Positions 52,129 to 64,000 of a stretch of DNA of 64,000 nt are shown here, one piece after another. The DNA comes from Octopus sinensis (lineage: Eukaryota), in the NCBI RefSeq assembly GCF_006345805.1, contig NC_043003.1:92504001-92568000 (forward strand), in the 5' to 3' direction. The notes below the pieces were generated by a model. It did not search any database. It was not told where the DNA came from and saw only the letters and a program-made list of their open reading frames with translations. Every line of letters starts with the position of its first letter. Position 1 is the first letter of the stretch. The position numbers were made by a program, and so were the translations under genes.

Positions 52129-52497
52129 GAATACATACATACATACATACATACATACATACATACATACATACATACATACACACATACATACATACAT
52201 ACATACATACACACATACATACATGCATGCATACATACATACACACATACATACATGCATGCATACATACATACACACATGCATGCATACATACATACAT
52301 ACATACATACATACATACATACATACAAACATACATACATACACACATACATACATGCATACATACATACATACATGCATGCATACATACATACACACAT
52401 ACATACATGCATGCATACATACATACATACATAATACATACATACATACATACATACATACATACACACATACATACATGCATGCATACATACATAC
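52129..52497. repeat. Degenerate (TACA/TGCA/CACA)n array (continues 53046-53400)
   Basis: Direct. Confidence 0.9.
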
Positions 52498-53045
52498 ATC
52501 ATCATCATCATTGTTCGACCGTGGTCGAGACAATGGAATTTACCATGTTGCGCCAGACTTCACGGTCCATCATAGCATTACGGAGGTCCTGTTGCTGGAT
52601 GCCTGTATCCCTGGAGATTACATCAGGGTAGGAGAGTGTGTGCCCTCTAGTGTTGCGAGTAGATGGCTTCCAGAGGAGAAGAGTAGAAATTACTTCTTTT
52701 TCAGCTCTACAACAATGTCCAGCAAACTGGACTCTCCTACCTTTCACAAGAGATGATACAGGTGGTAGCTTCCCATATATTTGCATTTTGGTTGGATGGC
52801 GCTTCCACGAGAGATTTTTGAGCTCTCATAAGGAGGCAAGTGTAAGTTCCATCCAACCGCCTCTCAAGCTTCTTTGATAACGTCCAGGTTTCTGAGCGAT
52901 ATAGTAGAATTGGTTCGACTGTGGCTTTGAATATTTCAAGTTTGAAGTCTCTACTTAGATTTGATGACCAGATCTTATGCATGTCATTACAGGCTGACCA
53001 GGCCATACCCTGTCTAGTTAGAAAGTCTTTTCCAGATGATGATAT
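52498..53045 (-). mobile_element. 5'-truncated RTE-group LINE with (TGA)n tail
   Basis: DFLTRQGMAWSACNDMHKIW...VEPILLYRSETWTL...RLDGTYT.LLM; RRVQFAGHC...MMDREVWR...STTVEQ-stop; tail 52498-52511. Confidence 0.85.
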
Positions 53046-53447
53046 GTACATACATGCATGCATACATACATACATACATACACTCACATTACATGCGTAC
53101 ATACATACATACATACATACATACATACATACATACATACATACATACATGCATACATACATACATACAAACATACATACATACATACATACATACATAC
53201 ATACACATACATACATACACATACATACATACACTCACATTACATGCGTACATGCATACATACATACATACATACATGCATGCATACATACATACATACA
53301 TACAAACATACATACATACATACATACTACATACATACATACATACATACATACATACATACATACATACACTCACATTACATACGTACATGCATACATA
53401 CATTAAGATGTTTACAACAAAATAGCACGGACTGTATTAATATATAT

Positions 53448-53596
53448 AAGCTTGCTTCCCAACCACATGGTTCTGGGCTCAATCCCACTGCGTGGCACCT
53501 TGGACAAGTGTCTTCTGCTATAGCCTCGAGTCGACCAAAGCCTTGTGAGTGGATTTGGTAGACGGAAACGGGAAAAAAGCTCGTCGTATATACGTT

Positions 53597-53663
<67 letters not shown>

Positions 53664-53982
53664 CGCGCGTGTGCGTGTCTGTGTTTGTCTCTTCATCACC
53701 GCTTGACAACTAGTGCCGATGTGTTTACGTCCACGTAACTTAGCGATTCTGCAAAAGTAGTCGATAGAATAAGTACTAGGCTTAAAAAATAAGTCCTGCG
53801 GTCGATTTGCACAACTAAAACCCTTCAAGGCGTGGCTGTGCATAGGCGCAGGTATGACAAGAAGTTTGTTTCTCAACTACATGGTTCTGGGTTCAATCCC
53901 ACTGCGTGGCGCGTACTATTACTATAGTTGAGAGAATCTGAAAGAAGCTTGTGGTGTGCGTGTGTTGTGTGTGTGTGTGTGT

Positions 53983-54044
<62 letters not shown>

Positions 54045-54055
54045 TGTGTGTGTGT

Positions 54056-54086
<31 letters not shown>

Positions 54087-54320
54087 TTTGTATGCGTGTA
54101 TGTTTGCATGTTAGTGTTTCTGCGTCCCCCAGTACCGCTTGACAACCGGTGCTGGTGTGTTTCCGTCTTCTTGGTTTGTTAAAAGAAACCGACTGAATAA
54201 ACACCAGGCTTTAAAATAATAAATAAATAAGTACTGGTGTCGATCAGTTCGACTAAAATTCTTCAAAAATTGTGCTCCAGCATGGCCCAGTCCAGTAACT
54301 GAAAGAAGTAAAGGATAAAA
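53448..54320 (+). mobile_element. Two tandem SINE B copies with (TG)n cores
   Basis: 53448-53832 and 53842-54320. Confidence 0.8.
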
Positions 54321-54499
54321 CAAAGATAAAAAGTAAAATAAGAGAAAGCTGTAATAAAATAAAAAGAAAGAAGAATATTGGACCTTAAAGTGAATCTTTG
54401 TACACGCGCGCGTGTGTATATGAAACACACGTAAGCACATAGAACATTTATATGACTAATACCCGGGTTTATATACAACGAAGTTCAGGTGTCAAGCAC

Positions 54500-54504
54500 A
54501 AAAA
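54500..54504 (-). terminator. Pol III oligo-T terminator of the tRNA
   Basis: TTTTT on the minus strand ~10 nt downstream of the discriminator base. Confidence 0.75.
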
Positions 54505-54513
54505 TAAATTTAA

Positions 54514-54595
54514 CGACGAGGATGAGATTCGAACTCACGCGGGGAGACCCCAATGGATTAGCAGTCCATCGCCTTAACCACTCGGCCACCTCGTC
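54514..54595 (-). tRNA. trnS(GCT): tRNA-Ser, anticodon GCT (82 nt, long variable arm)
   Basis: Minus strand GACGAGGTGGCCGAGTGGTTAAGGCGATGGACTGCTAATCCATTGGGGTCTCCCCGCGTGAGTTCGAATCTCATCCTCGTCG folds as a complete cloverleaf with A and B boxes; anticodon at 54560-54562. Confidence 0.97.
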
Positions 54596-54714
54596 ACCGG
54601 TTGTCAGCTGTTGCTATTATCTTCTATATTGTATATGTGCCAGATTTTGAACCATTAAATGACTGTCAGTGTTGTATGATTATATTTATCTATCTGTCTG
54701 TCTGTTTGTACACG

Positions 54715-54791
<77 letters not shown>

Positions 54792-54837
54792 TACACACAC
54801 GCACACACATACACACACGCACACACACACACATATA

Positions 54838-55234
54838 TCTTTATATATAAAAGTGAAGTTGTGTGTCTGTCTCCTACGATTTAGATTCCTAACTACTCCC
54901 ACATTTTGCGGTGCAGTTTAACCAAAACCGGGTATCTTATAGTCGTGATTCATATCGAGCCCTTCTGGGTATTAGCGCGCGTCTACGATGAGTCTAAGAT
55001 TTAAAAAAAAAATTACCATCATTTTTTTCCACTTTAATGCATTTTTCCGCTATTATATAAGGGAAGTAACTTTCTAAAAATGTCTACGATGAGTCAACGA
55101 TTTATTAAAAATTTACCATAATTTTTTTTCCATTTTTAATGCATTTTTTTGTTATTTTTTGGCTATAACTCTCTAAAAATGCTTATATAGTTATTTCCCT
55201 TACAAACCCGAGCAACGCCGGGCGATACTGCTAG
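54838..55234 (+). mobile_element. Non-autonomous Helitron
   Basis: A|TCTTTATATATAAAAG start and CCCGAGCAACGCCGGGCGATACTGCTAG|T end, in an AT target. It has an internal ~110-bp duplication (GTCTACGATGAGTC...). Confidence 0.85.
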
Positions 55235-55244
55235 TACTTAATAA

Positions 55245-55705
55245 TAGGGTTCAGCAAAGATTTCCTTTACCACATACCGAAGTTTAGAAATAGCAGCCAA
55301 AAAAACGTTAGCTATTTCTTCTACTTTAAAAAGAGACTCCCAGAAAAACCAAAATACTTGAAAACAATCCACACAGGCAGAGAGGAAAAGTAACGAAAAT
55401 CAATCAATATCTGGTCACCTATGGACGCGCGATTCGGAATTAGATTGGAATAAAGAATATAGAATTATACTTTACCAACCGCTTTCCTCATCAGCATAGA
55501 ACCCCATTAATAATTAAATATTGAAATATTAAATTCGAAGGTACTGGAATAATTGAACATATCTCTCCACCTAACGGTATCAGACAGATATATTCAGTGT
55601 TAGTACCGCCGAAGTCCCTTTTTAAAGTAGAAGAAATAGCTAACGTTTTTTGGCTGCTATTTCTAAACTTCGGTATGTAGTAAAGCAAATCTTTGCTGAA
55701 CCCTA
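55245..55705. mobile_element. MITE with ~90-bp TIRs beginning TAGGGTTCAGCAAAGATTT
   Basis: 55245-55335 is the reverse complement of 55618-55705. No clear TSD. Confidence 0.75.
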
Positions 55706-55964
55706 ATTATTTAGTATTACTTAAGTTTACCATGAAATGGCCCTTTTTTCATGCCGAATTCGGATCTTTTCATTGGAATAGATCCCCGAATTCTACTTGG
55801 TGAAATTATTGATTACTTCTTAATTAATTAATTTTACCCTTTGTTATTATTGATAACAAACTACAGATTTTTTTCTGTAGTAGTTTACTTGAAGACACAC
55901 GAGGATGGGCAGGGGAAGGTAATTGAACCTCATTCATGTTTTGAATTGGGCGGTACTAACACTG

Positions 55965-58900
55965 AATATTTTATTTTTTTATTTTATTTTCAGTTTTTTT
56001 AAAATTTTATCTATTTATTTATGTTTATTTTTTATTTTTATATTTATTTTTATTTTTTCATTTTATTTTAATTTATTTTATTTTTATTTTATTTCTATTG
56101 TTTTACTTTTATTGTATTTTATTGTTTTTTTATTTTATTTTATTTTATTATTTTTTTATTTTATTAAATTTTTAGTTTTTTGTTTTATTTTTTATTTCAT
56201 TTTATTTTATTCTATTTTATTTTATTATTTTATTTTATTTTATTTTTATTTTATTTATTTTAAATTATTTTTATATATTTTTGTTTTATTTTATTTTGTT
56301 ATTTTATTTTAGTTTTCATTTTTTTTTATTTAAATTTAAAAAATTTTTTCACTTTTTATTTTATTTATTTTTTTATTATATTTTTTCTTTTCTTTTATTT
56401 TTATTTTTTATTTTTTGTATTTATTTTTTTATAAATTTTATTTTATTTAAATTTTATTTATTTATTTATTTATTTTTTATTTTATTTATTTTATTTAAAA
56501 AATGTTTAATATCTATTTTTAAAATTTTATTTTATTTTATTTTATTTTTATTTATTTTTATTTTATTTTTGAAAATTTTTACTTAGTTTTAATTTATTTA
56601 ATTAATTTTTTTTAAATAAAATAAAATATCTCCGCGTATCTTCGCCTATCTCACTCTATCTCCGCCTATCTCACTCTCACTGTATCTCCGCCTATTTCAT
56701 GCTCGCCCTCTCACCCAGCATTATTGGGCCCTAAATGCTATTCCGCCAATCTCCGGTTATCTCCGTCTATCTCCGCAATCTCCGGCAATCTCCGGCTATC
56801 TCCGGCAATCTCCGGTAATCTCCGGCCATCTCCGGCTATCTTCGACAATCTCCGACAATCTTCGGGAAACACCGGCAAACTCCGGCAAACTCCGGCAAAC
56901 TTCGGCAAACTTCAGCAAACTCCGGCAATCGCCGGCAACCTTCGACAATCTCCGGCAAACTCCGGCAATGTCCGGGAAACTCCGCCAATGTCTGTCAAAC
57001 TCCGCCAATCTCACTTTATCTCCGCCTATCTCACTCTATCTCCGCCTATCTCACTCTATCTCCGCCTATTTCACTCTATCTCCGTCTATCTCTTTCTATC
57101 TCCGCCAATTTCACTCTATCAAACTCTATCCCAGGTGTTTTAACACACAACATTATTGGGAAATCTCCAAAAATGCCATTCCGCCTATCTCCATGAATCT
57201 CAGCCTATCTCCGCTAATCTCCGCCAATTTCACTCTATCTCCGCAAATCTCCGCCAATCTCACTCTATGTCCGCCTATCTCACTCTCTCTCGTGTGTTTT
57301 AACACCCAAAATTATTGGGAAACTCCCAAAATGCTATTTCGCCTATCTCCGCTTATTTCCGCGTATCTCCGCCAATCTTCGCTTATCTCCGCCAATCTCC
57401 GCCCATCTACGCCAATCTCACTCTCTCCCCCTCTCCCAGGTGTTTTAACACCCAGCATTATTGGGAAATCTCCCAAAATGCTATTCCGCCTATCTCCAGC
57501 AATCTCCGACAATCTCCAGCAATATCCGCCTATCTCCACCTATCTCCGCAAATCTCCGCAAATATCTGCCTATCTTACTCTATCTCCGCCTATCACACTT
57601 TTTCTCCGTCTATCTCACTCTATCTCCGCCAATCTCCGCCTACCTCAGTCTATCTCCGCCTATCACACTCTACCTCCACCTATCTCGGCCTATCTCACTC
57701 TATCTCTTCCTATCTCACGCTATCTTCACCTATCTCACTCTATTTCCGCCTATATCACTCTATCTCCGCCTATCTCACTCTATCACACTCTCTCTCAGGT
57801 GTTTTAACACCCAGCATTATTGGGAAATCTCCCAAAATGCTATTCTGCCATCTCCGTGTATCTCCGCCTATCTCAGCCTATCTCCGGAAATTTCTGCCAA
57901 TCTCCGCCAATCTCCGCACCCCTTCGCCAATCTCCGCCAATCTCACTCTTTCCCTCTCTCCCATGTGTTTTAACACCCAGCATTGTTGGAAAATCTCCCA
58001 AAATGCTATTCCGCCTATCTCCGGCAATCTCCAGCAAACTCCGGGAAACTCCGGTTAACTCGGGCAATCTCTGGCAAACTCCGGCAATCTCCGGAAATTT
58101 TCGGTAAACTCCACCAATCTACGGCAATCTCTGGCAAACTCCGGCAAACACCGCCAATCTCACTATATCTCCGCCTATCTCAATGTATTTACGCCTATCT
58201 CACTTTATCTACGCCTATCTCACTCTATCTACGCCTATCTCACTCTGTCTCACTCTCGCCCAGGTGTTTTAACACCAGCATTATTGGGAAATCTCCCAAA
58301 ATGCTATTCTGCCATCTCCGTGTATCTCCGCCTATCTCAGCCTATCTCCGGAAATTTCTGCCAATCTCCGCCAATCTCCGCACCCCTTCGCCAATCTCCG
58401 CCAATCTCACTCTTTCCCTCTCTCCCATGTGTTTTAACACCCAGCATTGTTGGAAAATCTCCCAAAATGCTATTCCGCCTATCTCCGGCAATCTCCAGCA
58501 AACTCCGGGAAACTCCGGTTAACTCGGGCAATCTCTGGCAAACTCCGGCAATCTCCGGAAATTTTCGGTAAACTCCACCAATCTACGGCAATCTCTGGCA
58601 AACTCCGGCAAACACCGCCAATCTCACTATATCTCCGCCTATCTCAATGTATTTACGCCTATCTCACTTTATCTACGCCTATCTCACTCTATCTACGCCT
58701 ATCTCACTCTGTCTCACTCTCGCCCAGGTGTTTTAACACCCAGCATTATTGGGAAATCTCTCAAAATGCTATTCCGTCTATCTCCACCAATCTCCGCCTA
58801 TCTCCGCCAATCTAATTCTATCTCTGCCAATCTCCGCTAATCTCCACCTGATTCACTCTGTCTCCGCCTTTCTCACTCTATCTCCGCCTATCTCACTCTA

Positions 58901-61900
58901 TTTCAGCCTGTCCCAGATGTTTTAACACCCAGCATTATTAGGAAATCTCCCAAAATGCTATTCCGCCAATCTCCAGCTATCTCCGGCTATCTCCTGAATC
59001 TCCGGCAATCTCCGGCTATCTCCGGCTATCTCCGGCAACCTCCGGTAAACTCCGGCTGTCTCCGGATATCTACGGCAATCTCCGGTAAACTCCGGCAGAC
59101 TCCGGCAATCTCCTGAATCTCCGGCAATCTCCGGCTATCTCCGGCTATCTCCGGCAACCTCCGGTAAACTCCGGCTGTCTCCGGATATCTACGGCAATCT
59201 CCGGTAAACTCCGGCAGACTCCGGCAATCTCCGGTAATCTCCGGCAAACTTCGGCAATCTCCGGCAATTTCCGGCAAGCTTCGACAATCTCCGGCAAACT
59301 CCTTCAATCTCACTCTATCTCCGCCTATCTCTTTCTATCTCCGACTATCTCACTCTTATCTCCGCCTATCACACTCTATCTCCGCCTATCTCACTCTATG
59401 TCCGCCTATCTCCACCTATCTCACTATATCAAGATAAAATAAAAAAAGAATTTAAAAAAAAAAGTAAAATATATTTATTTTACTTTTTATTAAAAAAGTT
59501 TATTTTTAATTTTTTTATTATTATTTTTTAAAATATAATTTTATTTTATTTTATTTCAAATAAAATATTTTAAAAATAAAAGTGAAATAAAATAAAAAAC
59601 ATAAAATAAAAAAGTAAAATAAAATAAAATACAAAATGGAATAAAATAAATTAAAATAAAATAGAATAAAATAAAATAAAATAAAATTTTTATTTTATTT
59701 GTTATTTTATTCTATTTCATTTTATTTCATTTTTATTTCATTTTTTATTTTATTTTATTTTTTATTTTATTTTGTTTTATATTTTATTGTATTTTATATT
59801 ATTTATTTTTTATGTTGTTTAAGTTTTTTATTTTATTAAATGGTGTTATTTTTTATTTTATTTTATTTTATTTTATTTTTTTATTTTTTATTTTATTGTA
59901 TTTTATATTTTATTTTATATTTTTATATTTTATATTTTTATATTTTATTTCTTTTATTTTTTATTTATATTATGTATTTATTTTTATTTTTTATATATTT
60001 TTTATTTTATTTCTATTTCATTTTATTTTAATTCACTTTAATTTAACTATTTCTATTTTAGTTTTTATTTTATTTTATCCTTTTTTATTCTATTTTTCTA
60101 TTTTATTTTATTTTATGTTTTTTATTTTATTTTATTTCATTTTATTTTATTTTATTTGTTTATTTTTTTTATTTTATCTATTTTTGTTGTCATTTTTAAT
60201 TTTATTTTAATTTAATTTATTTCAATCTAAAAAAAATTTTTTTCATTTTTTATTTTATTTTATTTTACTTATTTTATTTTATTTTATTTTTATTTTTTAT
60301 TTTATCTTATTTTATCTCCGCATATCTCACTCTATCTCCGCCTATCTCACTCTCACTCAATCTCCGCCTAACTCACTCTCCCCCTTTCTCCCAGGTGTTT
60401 TAACACCCAGCATTATTGGGACATTTCCCAAAATGCTTTTCCGCTAAACTCCAGCAATCTCCGGCAGTCTCCGGCTATCTCCGGCTATCTACTGCAATTT
60501 CCGGCAATCTCCGGTAATCTCCAGCAAACTACGGCAAACTCCGCTCATCTCCGGCAATCTCCGGCAAACTCTGACAATCTCCGGCAAACTCCGCCTATCG
60601 CACTCTAACGCCTATCTCACCCTATCTCTGCCTACATCACTCTATCTCACTTTCTCCCAGGTGTTTAAAACACCCAGCATGATTGGGAAATCCCCCAAAA
60701 TGCTATTCCGCCTATCTTCATGAATCTCCGCCTATCTCCGCCAATCTCCGCCAACCTCACTCTATCTCCACCAATCTCCGCCAACCTCACTCTATATCCG
60801 CCTATCTCCGGCAATCTCCGGCAAACTCTAGCAAACTCTGGTAAACTCCGGTAATCTCTGGCAATCTCCGGCAAACTCCAGCAATCTCCGGCAAACTCCG
60901 GCAATCACCGGCAATTTCCGGTAAACTCCGCCAATCTACGGCAATCTCTGGCAAACTCCGCCAATCTCACTCTATCTCCGCCTATCTCAATGTATCTACG
61001 CCTATCTCACTTAAGCTACGCCTATCTCTATCTACGCCTATCTCACTCTATCTCACTCTCGCCCAGGTGTTTTAACACCCAGCATTATTGGGAAATTTCT
61101 CAAAATGCTATACCGTCTATCTCCACCAATCTCCGCCAATCTAATTCTATCTCTGCCAATCTCCACCAATCTCCGCCAATCTCCGCCTATCTCACTCTAT
61201 CTCCGCCTATCGCACTCTGTCTCCGCCTCTCTCGCTCTATCTCCGCCGATCTCACTCTATCTCCGCCGATCTCATTCTATCTCCGCCTATCTCACTCTAT
61301 CTCAGCCTGTCCCAGATGTTTTAACACCCAGCATTATTGGAAGATCTACCAAAATGCTATTCCGCCAATCTCCGGCTCTCTCCGTAATCTCCGGCAATCT
61401 CCGGCTATCTCCAGTAATCTCCGGCTATCTCCGGATATCTTCGACAACCTCCGGTAAACTCGGGCAATCTCCGGCAAACTCCGGGTATCTCCGGTACTCT
61501 CCAGCAGACTCCGGTAATCTCCGGCAAACTCCGGCAATTTCCGGCAAGCTTCGACAATCTCCAGCAAACTCCGGCAATCTCCGGAAAACTCTGCCAATCT
61601 CCGGCAAAATCCGGCAAACTCCTCCAATCTCACTCTATCTCCGCCTATCTCTTTCTACCTCTGCCTATCTCACTCTTATCTCCGCCTATCACACTCTATC
61701 TCCGCCTATCTCACTCTATGTCCGCCTATCTCCACCTATCTCACTATATCAAAATAAAATAATAAAAAAGAATTTAAAAAATTAAAAAGATAGAAAAAAT
61801 AAAAAATAAAAAATAGGAAAGTAAAATATATTTTACTTTTTATTAAAAAAATTTATTTAAAAATTTTTTATTACTATTTTTTAAAATTTTATTTTATTTT

Positions 61901-62904
61901 ATTTTAATTTAAATAAAAAAATTTAAAAATAAAAAAATAAAATAAGAAAGTAAAATAAAATGAAATAAAAAATGGAATGAAATAAATTAAAATAAAATAG
62001 AATAAAATAAAATAAATAAAATTTTTATTTTATTTTATTTTATTTCGTTTTTTATTTTATTTTTTATTTTATTGTATTTTATTTTTTATTGTATTTTATA
62101 TTATTTATTTTTTGTTATTTAATTTTTTTATTTTATTTTATGGTTTTATTTTTATTTTATTTTATTTTATATTTTTATTTTATTTTATTTTTTATTTCTT
62201 TTATTTTTTTTATTTCAATTTATTTTAATTTAATTTCATTTCTATTTTAGTTTTCATTTTATTTTATTTTTTTATTTTATTTAATTTTATTTTTTATTTT
62301 TTATTTTATTTCCTTTTATTTTGTTTTATTTTATTTTATTCTGTTTTATATATTATTTATTGCCTTTTTAAATTTAATTTAATTTTTTTATTTTATTTTA
62401 GTTTATTTCAATTTTTAAAAAAATATTACCATTTTTTAATTTATCTTATTCATTTTATTTCATTTTATTTCATTCTATCTCTGCCAATCTCCGCCAATCT
62501 CCGCCTGTCTCACTCTATCTCCGCCTATCTCACTCTATCTCCGCCTATCGCACTCTATCTCCGCCTCTCTCACTCTATCTCCGCCTATCTCACTCTATCT
62601 CCGCCAATCTCACTCTATCTCAGCCTGTCCCAGATGTTTTAACACCCAGCATTATTGGGAAATCTCCCTAAATGCTATTCCGCCAATCTCCGGCTATCTC
62701 CGTAATCTCCGGCTATCTCCGGAATCTCCGGCAATCTCCGGCTATCTCCGGTAATATCTCCGGCTATCTCCGGCAATATCTCCGGCAATCTTCGGTAATC
62801 TCCGGCAAACTCCGGCAAACTCCGGCAAACTCCGGCAATCTTCGGTAATCTCCGGCAAACTCCGCCAATGTCACTCTATCTCCGCCTTTCTCACTCTTAT
62901 CTCC
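55965..62904. repeat. Hierarchical composite satellite: AT blocks (55965-56625, 59431-60312, 61751-62475) alternating with C-rich blocks (56626-59430, 60313-61750, 62476-62904)
   Basis: AT blocks are (TTTTA)/(AAAAT) runs. C-rich blocks are TATCTCCGCC, TATCTCACTC, AATCTCCGGC and AAACTCCGGC units plus 15 copies of a ~55-bp landmark. Confidence 0.95.
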
Positions 62905-64000
62905 AGATGGAGCCACAGATGCCTCAACCTCAGCGCGTGACTGCGCATCATGAGCCAGGCATCCGTAGCCCACCCTTTAACGGCTGTTGGCAGCAAATAG
63001 AGCGTCTCACAAGCGTATTCGAACCCTTCCACAAGAAGCGGAAGAGCTGTCTTTCCAGCTTGCTCAACCACAAATCAGGGCAGGGAACGACGGTTAGGCG
63101 GTAGGTGATGACCGATGCGATGAACACATTGGCCACCTCCGCCGTCTCTGGCTCAATTTTCGCAGCAATGGCTCAAGAGCCATTACATACAAAAGCGGGC
63201 AGAGAGGACACTCATGACGAACCGAGCGTTTGAAGCTGAGCAGCTTAGATAAAAAGCCGTTCACCCGAACTACCGAGTCGATGTTGTTATAAATTTCAAT
63301 GATCCACCTGAAGAAGCTAATACCCAGGCCGAACTATGCCAGAACGGACACCAGGTAATGATGGTCTACCCTATCAAAAGCCTTTGATTGGTCTAAATCG
63401 ACCACTGTCCCTCCCTTGCAAGAATCAGTATGAAACTCTTCTACGGTGTACTGTAGAAGATGGAGATTATCCTGAATGGTTCTACCAGGAAACGGCACAT
63501 GCCTGTGCCTTCCCGATCAAGCCATCCGCGGCACGCGCCAATCTTTTCGAGAACACTTTGGCCAAAATCTTCAACTCTGTGTGTAGCAGATTGATGGGCC
63601 GAAAATTATCAATGCAGTCCCCCATTGTTCGGGTACTTTCTGACAAGCCTCATCCTTCACTAGCGCACAGATCTGGGAATGAACCCATTCTGCTGCCAGT
63701 TCGCGTAGACATTCGTCAGCAGGTGCCCGAATAAGTCTGGCATACTCTTATACAGTTCATAGGGTAGACCATCTAGTCCCGGTGCCTTACCCGCGTCGCG
63801 GTGCCCCATAGCCTCAATTACCTCCTCAGGCGTGATCGGCCCTTCACAACACTCTGCGTCAAGCTCTGAGAGGCGCGGTAGCCCGGTGAGGAAATCCGTT
63901 AGGTCTCTCTTACTGTCCGGTCCGCTTCTCCCACCCCGAAAAGCTGGGCGAAGTGCTCCTGAAAGATCTTACGCATCTCCTCTGGCTCGTTTATCAACTT
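62899..64000 (-). mobile_element. L1/Tx1-type ORF2 (RT) fragment, broken at its 3' side and running off the window
   Basis: GKAPGLDGLPYELY, NFRPINLLHTELKILAKVFSKRL, and LFRFLWKGSNTLVRRSICCQQPLKGGLRMP. Multiple frameshifts and an internal deletion. Confidence 0.85.

Noticed and set aside
56626-62904. CRISPR-like array interpretation of the landmark repeats
   Set aside because: Eukaryotic context, no cas genes, and spacers are 100-350 bp of simple repeats rather than unique ~30-40-bp sequences.
55923-62973. Long ORFs in the satellite (SPPISLYLRL, EIAGDCRSLP and F/I/L/Y-rich frames)
   Set aside because: The monomers lack stop codons in most frames, so ORFs arise on both strands in several frames. 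No domain, Kozak or splice support.

Overview
Eukaryotic, repeat-saturated intergenic or intronic DNA. It is most likely from an octopus (coleoid cephalopod); this is inferred from the tRNA-derived SINE families and the very dense (TACA)n/(AAT)n/(CA)n/(TA)n microsatellites. I found no convincing host protein-coding gene. The only clearly intact host gene is one tRNA-Ser(GCT) at 54514-54595 (-). The rest is a mosaic of mobile elements. Non-LTR retrotransposons include R4/Dong-like RLE elements tied to (AAT)n, RTE, CR1, and L1/Tx1; Penelope pieces and a Gypsy integrase remnant are also present. DNA elements include mariner, a TIR/TSD-complete Mutator-like element, Helitrons, and several MITEs, two of which carry TTAGGG runs. 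At least four SINE families occur. The most unusual structure is a ~7 kb hierarchical satellite at 55965-62904. It alternates pure-AT blocks with C-rich 9-10-mer blocks punctuated by 15 copies of a ~55-bp double-hairpin landmark, and ends by fusion to a 3'-broken Tx1 LINE. All calls come from reading and translating by eye; no searches were run.
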